From Ylistrum balloti (Eukaryota), in NCBI RefSeq assembly GCF_031769215.1, contig NW_026782992.1:124001-188000 (forward strand): 64,000 nt of DNA, given 5' to 3'. Made by a program: the position numbers and the translations under genes. Position 1 is the first letter of the stretch, and every line of letters begins with the position of its first letter. The notes beneath the pieces were generated by a model that had not been told where the DNA came from, made no database searches, and saw nothing but the letters and a program-made list of their open reading frames with translations. Below, in pieces: positions 13,131 to 25,128 of the stretch.

Positions 13131-13849
13131 ATTTAACGGAATGCAGGTTACAGCATACTGGGAACGGAGTACATCAGATACAAGATAATGAGTACAAGGT
13201 ACTCATACACTGTATAGGATACAGGGAACGGTGTGCATGAAACACAGAACTCTTACAGTGTACTGTATACAGCATGTGTTGGCTGTGAGTAAGAGATATT
13301 TCATATTTTATTGATGTATTCCGTGTAAAAGCTATTGTTATCCTTATGTGGATACTCTTCGATGCAGAACAAAAAAAGACAAAAAAATCCTCATATTTAT
13401 AGTTGTTCATGAAACTGTTGAAAAATTAACCTGCATACATAGGTAGAATATTGGCGATTCATTTGAATAGGCGTATAATACGGGCAACAATAGGTGGCGC
13501 CACTGTAACGAACCACGCCAAAAATATAAAAAAATATTCATTTATTTATTTATTACCTATTTAATTATTTATTTATTGCACATACGCTATATCATGTAAA
13601 TGCCAGGCATGTCCCTTCACATTTAAACCCGTTGATATAAAAAAAATCAGGGATTTAAGAAAACATCGCGCATTTACAAGCGGTAAAAGTCAAGACATTG
13701 GCTATTTAGAACACAGTTGGATACATTTCTAACGAACTTAAGTGACAAAGAAAACTCGATTGATGTGATCCATATGAATATCATGTTTTGTTAATAAAGG
13801 TCACACAATCGTCATTCATACCTGGAGATTAGTTCACACACTCAACATT

Positions 13850-14770
13850 CACAGACCAAGGTCGTTCGTATCCGGGGAGAAGAGAGGGAAGTTCACACAC
13901 CACACACACTGAAGTCGTTCAGACGAGAAGATCGGAGAGTGTAATACCGATATCGCGAGCACACAGACCAAGGTCGTTCGTATCCGGGGAGAGGAGAAGG
14001 TAGTTCACATATCGCACATTCAAACATCATGATCGTTCAAGCCTGTAGAAAGGAGAGGGTGGTTCACGCATTACACATACAAAGACCAAGGTCGTTCAGA
14101 CCTGGAGATAGAACATAGCGGCAGGTTGTATGACAATTCACAATAAATTTGAGGTCGTTCAGGTTCGGTGTCTGTGTATAGGATTGTTCACAGACCGCAC
14201 ACAGTCAATTTCAGGTCTTCGGGCCTGGAGTCTGTACAGGACAGTTCACAGACCGCACACAGTCAATTCCAGGTCTTCGGGCCTGGAGTCTGCACAGGAC
14301 AGTTCACAGACCGCACACAGTCAATTCCAGGTCTTCGGGCCTGGAGTCTGTACAGGACAGTTCACAGACCGCACACAATCAATTCCAGGTCTTCGGGCCT
14401 GGAGTCTGTACAATAAAGTTCACAGATCGCACACAGTCAATTCCAGGTCTTCGGGCCTGGAGTCTGTACAGGACAGTTCACACACCGCACACAGTCAATT
14501 CCAGGTCTTCGGGCCTGGAGTCTGTACAGATAAGTTCACAGACCACACACAGTCAATTCAACTTCGTGTCTTCAGGTCTGGAGTCTGTACAGATAAGTTC
14601 ACAGAACGCACACACTCGATCAAAGGTCGTTCAGGCCCAAGAGTCTATTGAGCCTAGTTCACAGTCCATACACAGGAAATCTAAGGTCGTTCAGTCCCCA
14701 TTGTCCTGGAATCTGTGTAGTGAACATACCGTACACAATCTACCCAAGGTCGTTTAGGCCCCAGAGTCAG
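13850..14770. repeat. Minisatellite, 58-bp unit gttcacagaccgcacacagtcaattccaggtcttcgggcctggagtctgtacaggaca
   Basis: About 6-7 well-conserved core copies (about 14185-14590) plus degenerate flanking copies. Confidence 0.95.
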
Positions 14771-15159
14771 TAAACGGTACATTTCGTGTCTCTTTGATAT
14801 AAAGGCTAGTTATATAATTAATCGATGGAAGTCTGATTATATCACGTGCGCTCTACAACAGTCACATCACACAAATTAATCCTGCCACACAAAGGAGACG
14901 AGCAGACTCCCGTCTTCTCTTCATTCATCTTTTTTTATCAATCAATATTTTGTCCCGCTAGATCGACCGCTCTCGACATCGGATCATCAAGTACGAGTCC
15001 TGTACTCTCTAGTCTCGATACGGTGTACTACTACATCTACCGACTAAGGAGTCGTATATAACAATAGACGTTATGATATTTATGTCTTTACAACTCATAA
15101 ACCGAGCTCTGATGTTACCGCTGATAGATGATGTATGTAGGGACGTGCGCAAAGGATAC

Positions 15160-15460
15160 GGTGGAGTGGCGACTGCAAGGGGCGGATGAGCAGAGATGGC
15201 GGAGGATGAGCTAGGAGGCAAAAACTGAGGTGCGAGAGGGCGCGGGGATGTCGGGAGGGGCTAGGGGGAGGCTGATGGGTTGGAAGGTGAACCGGGGTGC
15301 GATGGGGTTGGGGGATGGGAGCATGTGCGATATGCGAAGGGCTGGTGGTGTGGGGATGAGAAGGAAGGTGAGTTTGGGTGCGATGCGGGTGGTGTGGGGA
15401 TGAATTGGAAGGCGAGCTGGGATACAAATGGGGATGGGAGGAACCGACGGAGTGAAATCT
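15160..15460 (+). repeat. G/purine-rich low-complexity tract with G-quadruplex potential
   Basis: For example GGGcgcGGGGatgtcGGGaGGGGctaGGGGG near 15238-15270. Confidence 0.7.
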
Positions 15461-16797
15461 AATTATCAGCGCACAGTGGTTTATCTATAAACGAGTGATC
15501 GTAAACGACACGTCCCGGCCATATTAACATGTCATAAGTGTGAAGCAATTACACAGAATATATTTCATTTGTCTACAACTCAACATTTTTCCCGTATACA
15601 CGGTATTCCCAACTGTATCAAAAAGAAAACAGGTCTAGAGATTTCGGGCTCTAGTTATCATGACAGAAACATAATTCTCACCGTCAGTCACGTGCTGGTA
15701 TGCACATGCATTACAGCATAAGAAATAACAAAGGTGCCAGAACACGCTGGCGATAATTATCTACACAAAATGCCAGAAATGTTAGCGATGTGTCCCGTAT
15801 TTTTCTTGGCAAGAGTCAACGCCCACGTGCTGTCAGTACTCTCACTTATGGTTTCGACCTAGTTTTCACGTGATTCTTTGACGATATGGCGTACATAATT
15901 CTAAGACGTCATTACGAACCTTTTCAAATGACCAGTTGGGCTCAAGATGTCCAAACCCTGTCCACGAAAAGAGAAATTCTCCAAAGACTTCGGAGAGATT
16001 AAAATGTAACTTTCAGTCAAGTAGCGATTTTGAATTCGGTTATTTACGATTTCCATAGTTACGTTTACCTGTTGGTTAGTGTGGTAAGAGAATTTCTAGA
16101 GGAACCCTGTTCTAATTTTAGTTAAGTCCAAAATATACAATTATAGCAAGTCAGCAACGTCCGGGTTTGCAATTATGACAACAAGGCAATCACGGATATC
16201 CCCATATATTCATATCGGCTGATAGTCATTCTCAGATTCCTGTGGCAGGTCAAGTGCATATCTTTTTTTGGGGGGGATCGTGATTTTATTAAATAACTAA
16301 TTGAAGAATGTCATAATTGTCATAATGATTACGATAGCTGTTTATTCTATGTTCGGAAATAATACGAGAACTTGTTTCTTTGTCGAGTAGCGATACTTTT
16401 ACACCGTCTTGATGTAGGTGGTTCATTATATTGTTGATTTTCCCCGGAAGTGAGTTAACGATGATAATATTTTAGCCTGGTTCCGGCCCCGCGGGGAACC
16501 CGGAACCAGACCGTCTTGTCAAAAGTTGCAATATTGCAATTATTGAGATTTACGTTCCAGCTTTCGTGGTTTCTGTTATAAATCCTGTGATTTTATTTGA
16601 AATGAATGATTTGCATCCGAAATTATTTGATTTATATTCGAAGTCTTAATTGTGATGTACATGTACAATCGTGTTCATTTACCACGTGAATCCTGTGGCG
16701 TAATAAGTTATTTTCACATAAAATTTTCCCTTAGTTACTGGCTTGTTAAAAGTTGCAAGTCATCATGTTATCGATGTGTGAAACGGGATGGAAAACA

Positions 16798-16833
<36 letters not shown>

Positions 16834-17052
16834 ATTGCCCATGTTTAATGTACCGAAAAAACCCAGACAATTGCAAAGTTCAGTTTTGTGGCGACAGTTG
16901 TGAAATAGTTTTTTTTAAAGTATGATCTAACAATTTATTAAAATAAAATGAGAATATTTTTATTTTAAACACAAAATATCTAATAAACAACATTTGAACA
17001 GACTACAAAAAGTAATTAATCAATTATCCTGCGTATACGGCCAAAATATTTA

Positions 17053-17501
17053 CCCTGGAGTGTTTTTTGAGTGCGCCAGTCAAAAATCGATTGTGATGTA
17101 ACGATATGGGCAATGACGTTAGTCGGTTACGTCATGAATTAAAAATGGCGCAAACAAAACGAGTTATGTCAAAAAAAGTATTTGTTTCATTTCAGGAGAT
17201 TTTATGAAACTTGTCCCGAAGATTCTTTTTTGTGTTGTTTTCGCTTGCCAAAGTTCGCATACTTTAAATCGTCAAAACATCGTTTCATACAATCTTGTGT
17301 GAAATGAAATCTTATCTAAGATCCTAGATACAATCGTACGAATTAATTTGCATTTAATTCCAGTTAAGATTACTGGGAAAATTTCTACCGTAGATCGTTG
17401 ATTTCGACACAGGTTAACGATCGCAAAAGTTTGAAACCACCAGTCCTTACGAGATAATAATTTATGCCCGTGTTTTGAGTAAACAGGTACAATTTCCAGG
17501 G
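17053..17501. mobile_element. Possible MITE with CCCTGGA/TCCAGGG termini and TA flanks
   Basis: ta-CCCTGGA at 17051-59 and TCCAGGG-ta at 17495-503. The TIR is short and only one copy is seen. Confidence 0.3.
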
Positions 17502-19264
17502 TACATCAAATGCGAAAACAAACCGACTATCAGGTTATCTGTGCAGTGTTACAGATCGTAAAACTGATATTAAGTACACGTGTGAGTTTTGTCCTATCGG
17601 TCAGTCACTACCAGAACACAAAATCATATCTGTCCATTGTCACTAAGCACGTTAATTGACCTGTTTTGCAGACAATTTGTACCCGGAAACAGTTCCCGTC
17701 AATAACAACCCTCTGATTTATGTACGAATGGACAAAAGTATTCTATCTGCTAGTTTGAAAATTTCATGCTCTTTGGACCATGACGTTTAATATTTCGTTC
17801 GGTACCGGCGAGGGGGTCGCTCTAATTTCCGAGGCGGTACTCTCGTGTGGAGTAAAATGCTTAACCGTACAAATGGCTAACACTCCCAGTTGTATGCAGA
17901 ATGCGGTCAATTGAACTACGCACAATCCAAATATGTACAACAGGTTTAACACCTGACCGAGATACAAGTTGTCAAAATATCCTCAATTAAGTACTATATT
18001 ATGAAAACACTGAAAACCACACGGGAATATACTGACCACATATAAATATATATAGGACAGTATGAATTGAACAGATATGCAGGGAGAAAATTTCACATTA
18101 TAATTATGATTTTATCGATATTCATATCACAAGCTGACTATCAGATAAATGTAAGCCTTGTACATTTTTATGTATATTTTGAGAATAAATCGATGTATTT
18201 ATGAGAAATATCTATTTACTAACAATAACAGTATTTAGAAACTCGTTATAATAGCGTTTTAAAAGCTAGGATAGAATAAAATCCGGTTTTTAAAAATCTT
18301 TTTGAAACCCCAGTGTATCTTTAAATCTATTTGTAAGGGGTTGACTAGTACAACGGATTTCCTACTGATATCCCCCCCCCACCTTAATATACACTCTTCT
18401 TTTTTGTGGTCAGACCTCAGGCACATTGTAATATCCTAGTGTCACTGGCAAACGATGACTAAGACCAAACCACAAAGTCCATGTAATATTAAAATGTTTT
18501 TGAAGTTTGTCTGTTACGTTTTTAAACATTAATAAACGGCAAAATCGGAACTATGATAATTCAAAAGTTACAAAAACCTCCAGTCCGCAGAACTGTTTTA
18601 CATTGGGTTAACTGGTAAACCCACAGAACGCTGACAAGGATTACCATAGCCATGGGACTTGAAAAGCATTCCGGAAAATATGGCTCGTTACCACTTTACC
18701 ACTAAGTATAGTTTAATTATTTATCATGAGTTTGATGGGAATTATAAATATCTAATGGCTGAATTACTCACTTCACAAGTGCGGTGCACGTGTACACTAT
18801 ATGACGTCCACAGATTAAAATGACACGTACTTCCTAGTAAGGATTGGCTCATGTAAAAACCAGTGTCCAAATATTACCACTGACTAATATGTAGTTTCCT
18901 AAGGTTTCTGTATTTTTTTTTTAGTTTTGTCAACAATTTTCAACAATCCGTAATTTAAGAAAACGAAATTACATGACACTTGTTAAAACTTATACGTATT
19001 GCTATGTGTAAGTACTTTTATGTGTATGTGTGAATATACGTGTATTTCCAAGTACGTATCACTTGTCGGTGAACTGCACGATTGTGTAAGGAACTGTTAT
19101 CTCAGTTGTATTATACACATTTGTAATGTACATTAGTGTAACAGTGTAGAACAATGGAAACACGCGATACCGGCAAATTTCGTATTAGATAATATACGAC
19201 AGGGTCCAAAACGTCATCGTTATGTGTGTAACAAAGGACCACACATGGTAGAGAATAACAAAAG

Positions 19265-21030
19265 GTTAGGTATGACATACAGGGTCACAAACGGTAGAGA
19301 ATGGTAAAAGATTAGGTGTGTTATACAGGGTCACACACGGCTGGGAACGTAAAACGTTAGGTGTGTCAAACAGGGTCACCCACGGTAGAGAATGTAAAAA
19401 AATGAGGTGTGTCATACAGGATCACACACGACAGAGAACGTAAAACGTTAGGTGTGTCATACAGGGTCACACACGGTAGAGAATGTAAAACGTTAGGTGT
19501 GTGTCATACAGGGTCACACACGGTTGAGAATGTAAAAAAATGAGGTGTGTCATACAGGATCACACACGACAGAGAACGTAAAACGTTAGGTGTGTCATAC
19601 AGGGTCACACACGGTAGAGAATTAAAAACGTTAGGTGTGTGTCATACAGGGTCACACACGGTTGAGAATGTAAAAAAATGAGGTGTGTCATACAGGATCA
19701 CACACGACAGAGAACGTAAAACGTAAGGTGTGTCAAACAGGGTCACACACGGTTGAGAATGGTAAAACGTTTGGTGTGTCAAACAGGGTCAGAACCGGTT
19801 GAGAATGGTGAAACGTTTGATGTGTCAAACAGGGTCACACACGGTAGAGAACGTAAAACGTTATGTGTGTCATACAGGGTCACACACGGTAGAGAATGTA
19901 AAACGTTAGGTGTGTCATACAGGGTCACACACGGTAGAGAATGGTGAAACGTTTGATGTGTCATACAGGGTCACACACGGTAGAGAATGTAAAACATTAG
20001 GTGTGTGTCATACAGGGTCACACACGTCTGGGAACGTAAAACGTTAGGTGTGTCAAACAGGGTCACACACGGTAGAGAATGTAAAACGTTAGGTGTGTGT
20101 CATACAGGGTCACACACGGTTGAGAATGTAAAAAAATGAGGTGTGTCATACAGGATCACACACGACAGAGAACGTAAAACGTTAGGTGTGTCATACAGGG
20201 TCACACACGGTAGAGAATGTAAAACGTTAGGTGTGTGTCATACAGGGTCACACACGGTTGAGAATGTAAAAAAATGAGGTGTGTCATACAGGATCACACA
20301 CGACAGAGAACGTAAAACGTAAGGTGTGTCAAACAGGGTCACACACGGTTGAGAATGGTAAAACGTTTGGTGTGTCAAACAGGGTCAGAACCGGTTGAGA
20401 ATGGTGAAACGTTTGATGTGTCAAACAGGGTCACACACGGTAGAGAACGTAAAACGTTATGTGTGTCATACAGGGTCACACACGGTAGAGAATGTAAAAC
20501 TTGAGGTTTGTCAAACAGGGTCACACACGGTTGAGAATGTAAAACGTTAGGTTTGTCATACAGGGTCACACACGGTTGAGAATGGTGAAACGTTTGATGT
20601 GTCATACAGGGTCACACACGGTAGAGAATGTAAAACATTAGGTGTGTGTCATACAGGGTCACACACGGTTGAGAATGTAAAACGCTAGGTGTGTGTCATA
20701 CAGGGTCACACACGGTAGAGAATGTAAAACGTTAGGTGTGTGTCATACAGGGTCACACACGGAAGAGAATGTAAAACGTTAGGTGTGTCATACAGGGTCA
20801 CACACGGTAGAGAATGTTAAACGTTTGGTTTGTCATACAGGGTCACACACGGTAGGGAATGTAAAACGTTAAGTGTGTGTCATACAGGGTCACACACGGT
20901 AGAGAACGTAAAAACATTAGGTGTGTCATACAGGGTCACACACGGTAGAGAATGTAAAACGTTTGGTGTGTTATACAGGGTCACACACGGTAGAGAATGT
21001 AAAACGTTAGGTGTGTCATACAGGGTCAAA
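19265..21030. repeat. Minisatellite, 45-47-bp unit cagggtcacacacggtagagaatgtaaaacgttaggtgtgtcata, with higher-order structure
   Basis: About 38 copies. Variant units recur at about 139-bp and 596-bp spacing. Confidence 0.97.
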
Positions 21031-21392
21031 TCACACCAGATAGGCAATAGGTACAGTCACTAGGACGTATAACTGCAGATACATAATGTATAAAGGGGCC
21101 ACCCTCCTCCCTACTACTCATCCTCCTCCCGTTTGCCCTCTGTTATCCACAAACGTCTAGGAGTGAAGACACAGAAAATAGATTATATCTATATATAAAA
21201 ACGACTATATCGAATTTGTTGGTCTTATACAAAAAACGAAGTCTTTATATCATTAATTAAAAGGCGTTTTTCCTCGTTTGATAGAACACTTTTTCCTCGA
21301 AAGCTTTCAAACGTTTCAATTTGATAACTTATCTGGAATTGGAAAAATACATTATTCATCAATACGGTGACTGTATTGAGTACGAGTTTTAG

Positions 21393-21463
21393 CAATCGCT
21401 AACAGCAATCTGCTAAATCGCCTTTACCATACCAAGAACGTCTTTGAATTGCAACCAAATCAC
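21393..21463 (+). CDS. Orphan candidate exon (IANSNLLNRLYHTKNVFELQPNH)
   Basis: Acceptor gttttag| and donor CAC|gtaagt, one open frame. Its phase-1 entry is compatible with the phase-1 exit of the 9266-9326 candidate. Confidence 0.25.
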
Positions 21464-21819
21464 GTAAGTACGTAGCTTCAAATACATCATTACAAAATAA
21501 GGCAAATCATTTGCTAAGTCCGTGCCGATTGGAAGTAGTAAATCCTCTAACTGTAGATGTACGTTATCTACAAGACATCCTGTTATGCTCATAAGTAATT
21601 AATGGTGATACACGTTCGTAATACATTTGTATTTTATTTATGAATTATTGTTAACTATATTAATTTCAGATTCAATGAGTTCCATTGTTTGATGCAGTTG
21701 CCCATTTTCGATGTGTGTTCAGTTGATTCAGTGATTCATTGTTTTTCATTTTCCATTGTTTTTTTTCAGTCTGTTTTAATTTTTTTCTTCAAGGATTCTC
21801 TATTTTTTCATGCGTTATG

Positions 21820-22210
21820 ACCGTGTTTTACCATTTACATTGTTTGATATAGCTGTCCATTTCTCGTGTATGTTAACCGTGTTTCACATTTTCCCACATT
21901 TTTTTTATATAGATATGAATTTCTGGTATGTATGTGAACGTTTTTTTCACATTTTTAAAATTTGATGTGGTTGTTCATTTCTGGTGTTTATGTTAATACT
22001 GATTCACATTTTTTAAATGTTTGATGTAGTTGTCCGTTTCTAGTGTTTACGTTGCTTCACATGTTTTGTTGTTTGATGTAATTGGCCTTTTCCAATATAT
22101 TTTAACGCTGTTTTCACACTTCTGTCATTGTTTGTCCTACATTAAAATGTAGTAGTCTTTCAGTTTTTGTGTATGTTAGCGTCGTTTATATATTTTTCTC
22201 AGTTTGATAT
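21820..22210. repeat. Old degenerate T-rich tandem repeat of about 60 bp
   Basis: Recurring gtttgatgtagttgtcc...ttcacatttt. Confidence 0.5.
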
Positions 22211-23519
22211 TGTCGTTACCAATGTTCTCGTTCCTACATTAATTATCATGGTTTTCAATAATCTAATTTAATTCTATTATCTTCATTAAAGTATTTTTTG
22301 AAATATTACGTTGTGATGCCATTAAATTTTTTTTTTATATTTGTCCTATTTTTCATTTTACATAAATTTTCACTGTATTTCTATCTAATCTTGTTGACAC
22401 GTCAATAATTTGATGTAGTAATATCAAAACATTTAGACTGAAACACTGTTTTTATTAACTGACTTGCAAATGAATTGCATCATTCTGAAAAAAAATACAT
22501 CTATTTATTATGCAACCTTTGCTAGGTAACTGACATGGCGCTTCGCCATCGTCATAAGGTTACATGTAATTAAATATAAACAAAATTTTAAAAAAGTGTA
22601 ATGTTGGACAAAGAGCAACAAAAAATGTCTATCTTTGGTTTGAAATTTATGAGTTTAAGCAAGTGTAACGTATTTGTCTCGCTACACTGTAAAATTTTAT
22701 CGGTTATGTGAATTGCAGTATTCTGATTTTGTCCTCCATGTTGATAGTGTTATGGCTTGGTGGGGTTCATACACACTGCCGTATCCCTAATACATTGTAC
22801 TTGTGATTTATGTTGCATGCTATATGTCGGTCCCAACATAATACACCATCTTTCACTGGACTCAAAAATCAATGTACTGTCGGGATCAGTTCTAAGTTAA
22901 CATGGTTATATATATATATATATATTAGTTACACACACTACTTAACACGTACAAGTGCACTTATTGTCTAGGGACAAAGTACAGTGAAATTTCATTAAAC
23001 CGCAAAGCTATATACAAGCAATAACAATGCATTCATCGCGACAAGAATTCCGTGATAGCTAAAAACTTAAATAACATACAGGTTGTCTTAATCTTATTCC
23101 TTGTCTTAAATTATTTAATTCAGGTATCAAAATACAACGAACATCCATTTTGTACAGAATTTATAAACTCAACAAAATATTAACACGGGAAGGTTGTTAT
23201 TTGATATGAAATTTGATTTTAGTATTTTGATTAAGATGTAAAATTTTTAAATCAATATTTTATAAATTATAACATTTTTATCTAAACTGTTTGATATCAA
23301 TTATAGAATTGAAACAAGTTTTGTTTACTTCACAGTTTAATTAAGAAGTTAATCAAAAATTATTTTAGAGGAAAAATAATACACACGCGTCTTATAAATA
23401 ACTTAAGGTGTATTCGTTAAACATGATATTAAATGTAGTAAAACTCATTTAAATTTGAATATTTGATAATGTGAAATACCCATGAAAAATATTTTCTAAG
23501 TATCATTAGCAATCTACAT

Positions 23520-24168
23520 ATATTTCTAATCTAATATATTTCTCTTCGAATCTCTTTCTTATCGAATATATTTCTCATCGAATCTATTTATCGAATGTAT
23601 TTCTCATCGAATTTATTTCTCATCGAATCTATTTCTTAGCGAATTTATTTCTCATCGAATCTATTTCTTAGCGAATGTATTTCTCATCGAATCTATTTCT
23701 TATCGAATATATTTCTCATTGAATCTATTTCTTATCGAATCTATTTCTCATCGAATCTATTTCTTAGCGAATATATTTCTCATCGAATCTATTTATCGAA
23801 TATATTTCTCATCGAATCTATTTCTTAGCGAATATATTTCTCATCGAATCTATTTATCGAATCTATTTCTCATCGAATCTATTTCTCATCGAATATATTT
23901 CTTAGCGAATATATTTCTCATCGAATCTATTTCTTACCGAATATATTTCTCATCGAATCTATTCCTTAGCGAATCTATTTATCATCGAATCTATTTTTTA
24001 CCGAATATATTTCTCATCGAATCTATTTCTTATCGAATATATTTATCATCGGATCTATTCCTTAGCGAATCTATTTCTTATCGAATCTATTTCTTAGCGA
24101 ATATATTTCTCATCGAATCTATTTCTTAGCGAATATATTTCTCATCGAATCTATTTCTTAGCGAATAT
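23520..24168. repeat. Minisatellite, 16-bp unit cgaatctatttctcat / cgaatatatttcttag
   Basis: About 40 copies. Confidence 0.95.
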
Positions 24169-24957
24169 CCAATACATGTCTTCTCAATTCTATCGAGAAC
24201 TAAAATAAACCCAAGCGTGGTGTTAGGTTGAAATCGCTGATGGTTTCAAGTTTCTTAATTATGAAATAGACATGCCATGTGATACATCCCAATCGCCATG
24301 ACTAATTGAGTAAATTAGTAAACACGTCATTGTCTGGGGTGTTTGAATTTGTTATCTGTAATATCTGGGTGTTGTCGGGATTCTATTTAACAGTAACACG
24401 TCTGGTCATTATCTGATCTAGGGTTTGAAATCTATTTCATAACTTTAGACGTTGTCCGTGTCGTCTTGTATTTTTCTTTGCTACAACTTCAGTAAACCAT
24501 TCTTTTTTAGCATTATATCATGAAATAGACAAACATTTTTTCATTTACCGAGAATAAACACATGCTGTATTTACCCGCTACCGTCCAGTGGTAATGGTAG
24601 GTTGTGGTAGTTTCTTACTGAATGCATTAAGAGAAAAAAAAATCTCTCACCTTTTTCCTACGCAATATTTTCAAAAAATTACCGATAAATGTGGTTCAAA
24701 TAATGTGCAGCTTACCATATCAATTAGTCTCATGAAATAGCCTTCACATTCATCGTGCACTATCTTTGAAGTTTGAATATGTAGGACTCGTTCTGGGACC
24801 CAGTCTACCGGGACATATTTTCCATCACATGACAGACATGCGACCTTTCAGCTATGTTTATTCGTCCATACTCTTTACATTTATAATTAATAATGATAAA
24901 AAACCCAGCTTAAACAAAACCATGTTGTGTTAGGTTATACTGTGTTTGGTCACCTAC

Positions 24958-25128
24958 CTCTGGGTCTGAAGGCCCTCGAAACGTCCCTACAGCAGACATG
25001 CACCAATGTCACCAAAAGGAAGTTGAGTGTCAGAACACCAACTACTTGCATTTTTTGAAAAAGAATTTTCCCATCATTCATTAGCCGCACTTCTCTGACG
25101 TCATGACCGACATGCGTACATGTACGTA
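24958..25128 (-). CDS. Candidate exon encoding a signal peptide (MQVVGVLTLNFLLVTLVHVCC-RDVSRAFRPR) of an unidentified secreted protein
   Basis: Acceptor aaatttcag|, aaaaaATG context, hydrophobic h-region, donor GAG|gtaggt. No phase-compatible downstream exon found. Confidence 0.4.

Noticed and set aside
14130-14651. 173-aa ORF in the 58-bp array
   Set aside because: The unit is not a multiple of 3 and lacks stops in all + frames, so long ORFs are expected.
17764-17967. Minus-strand hydrophobic ORF as a terminal exon of the signal-peptide gene
   Set aside because: The hydrophobic frame needs phase 0 but the signal exon exits in phase 1.
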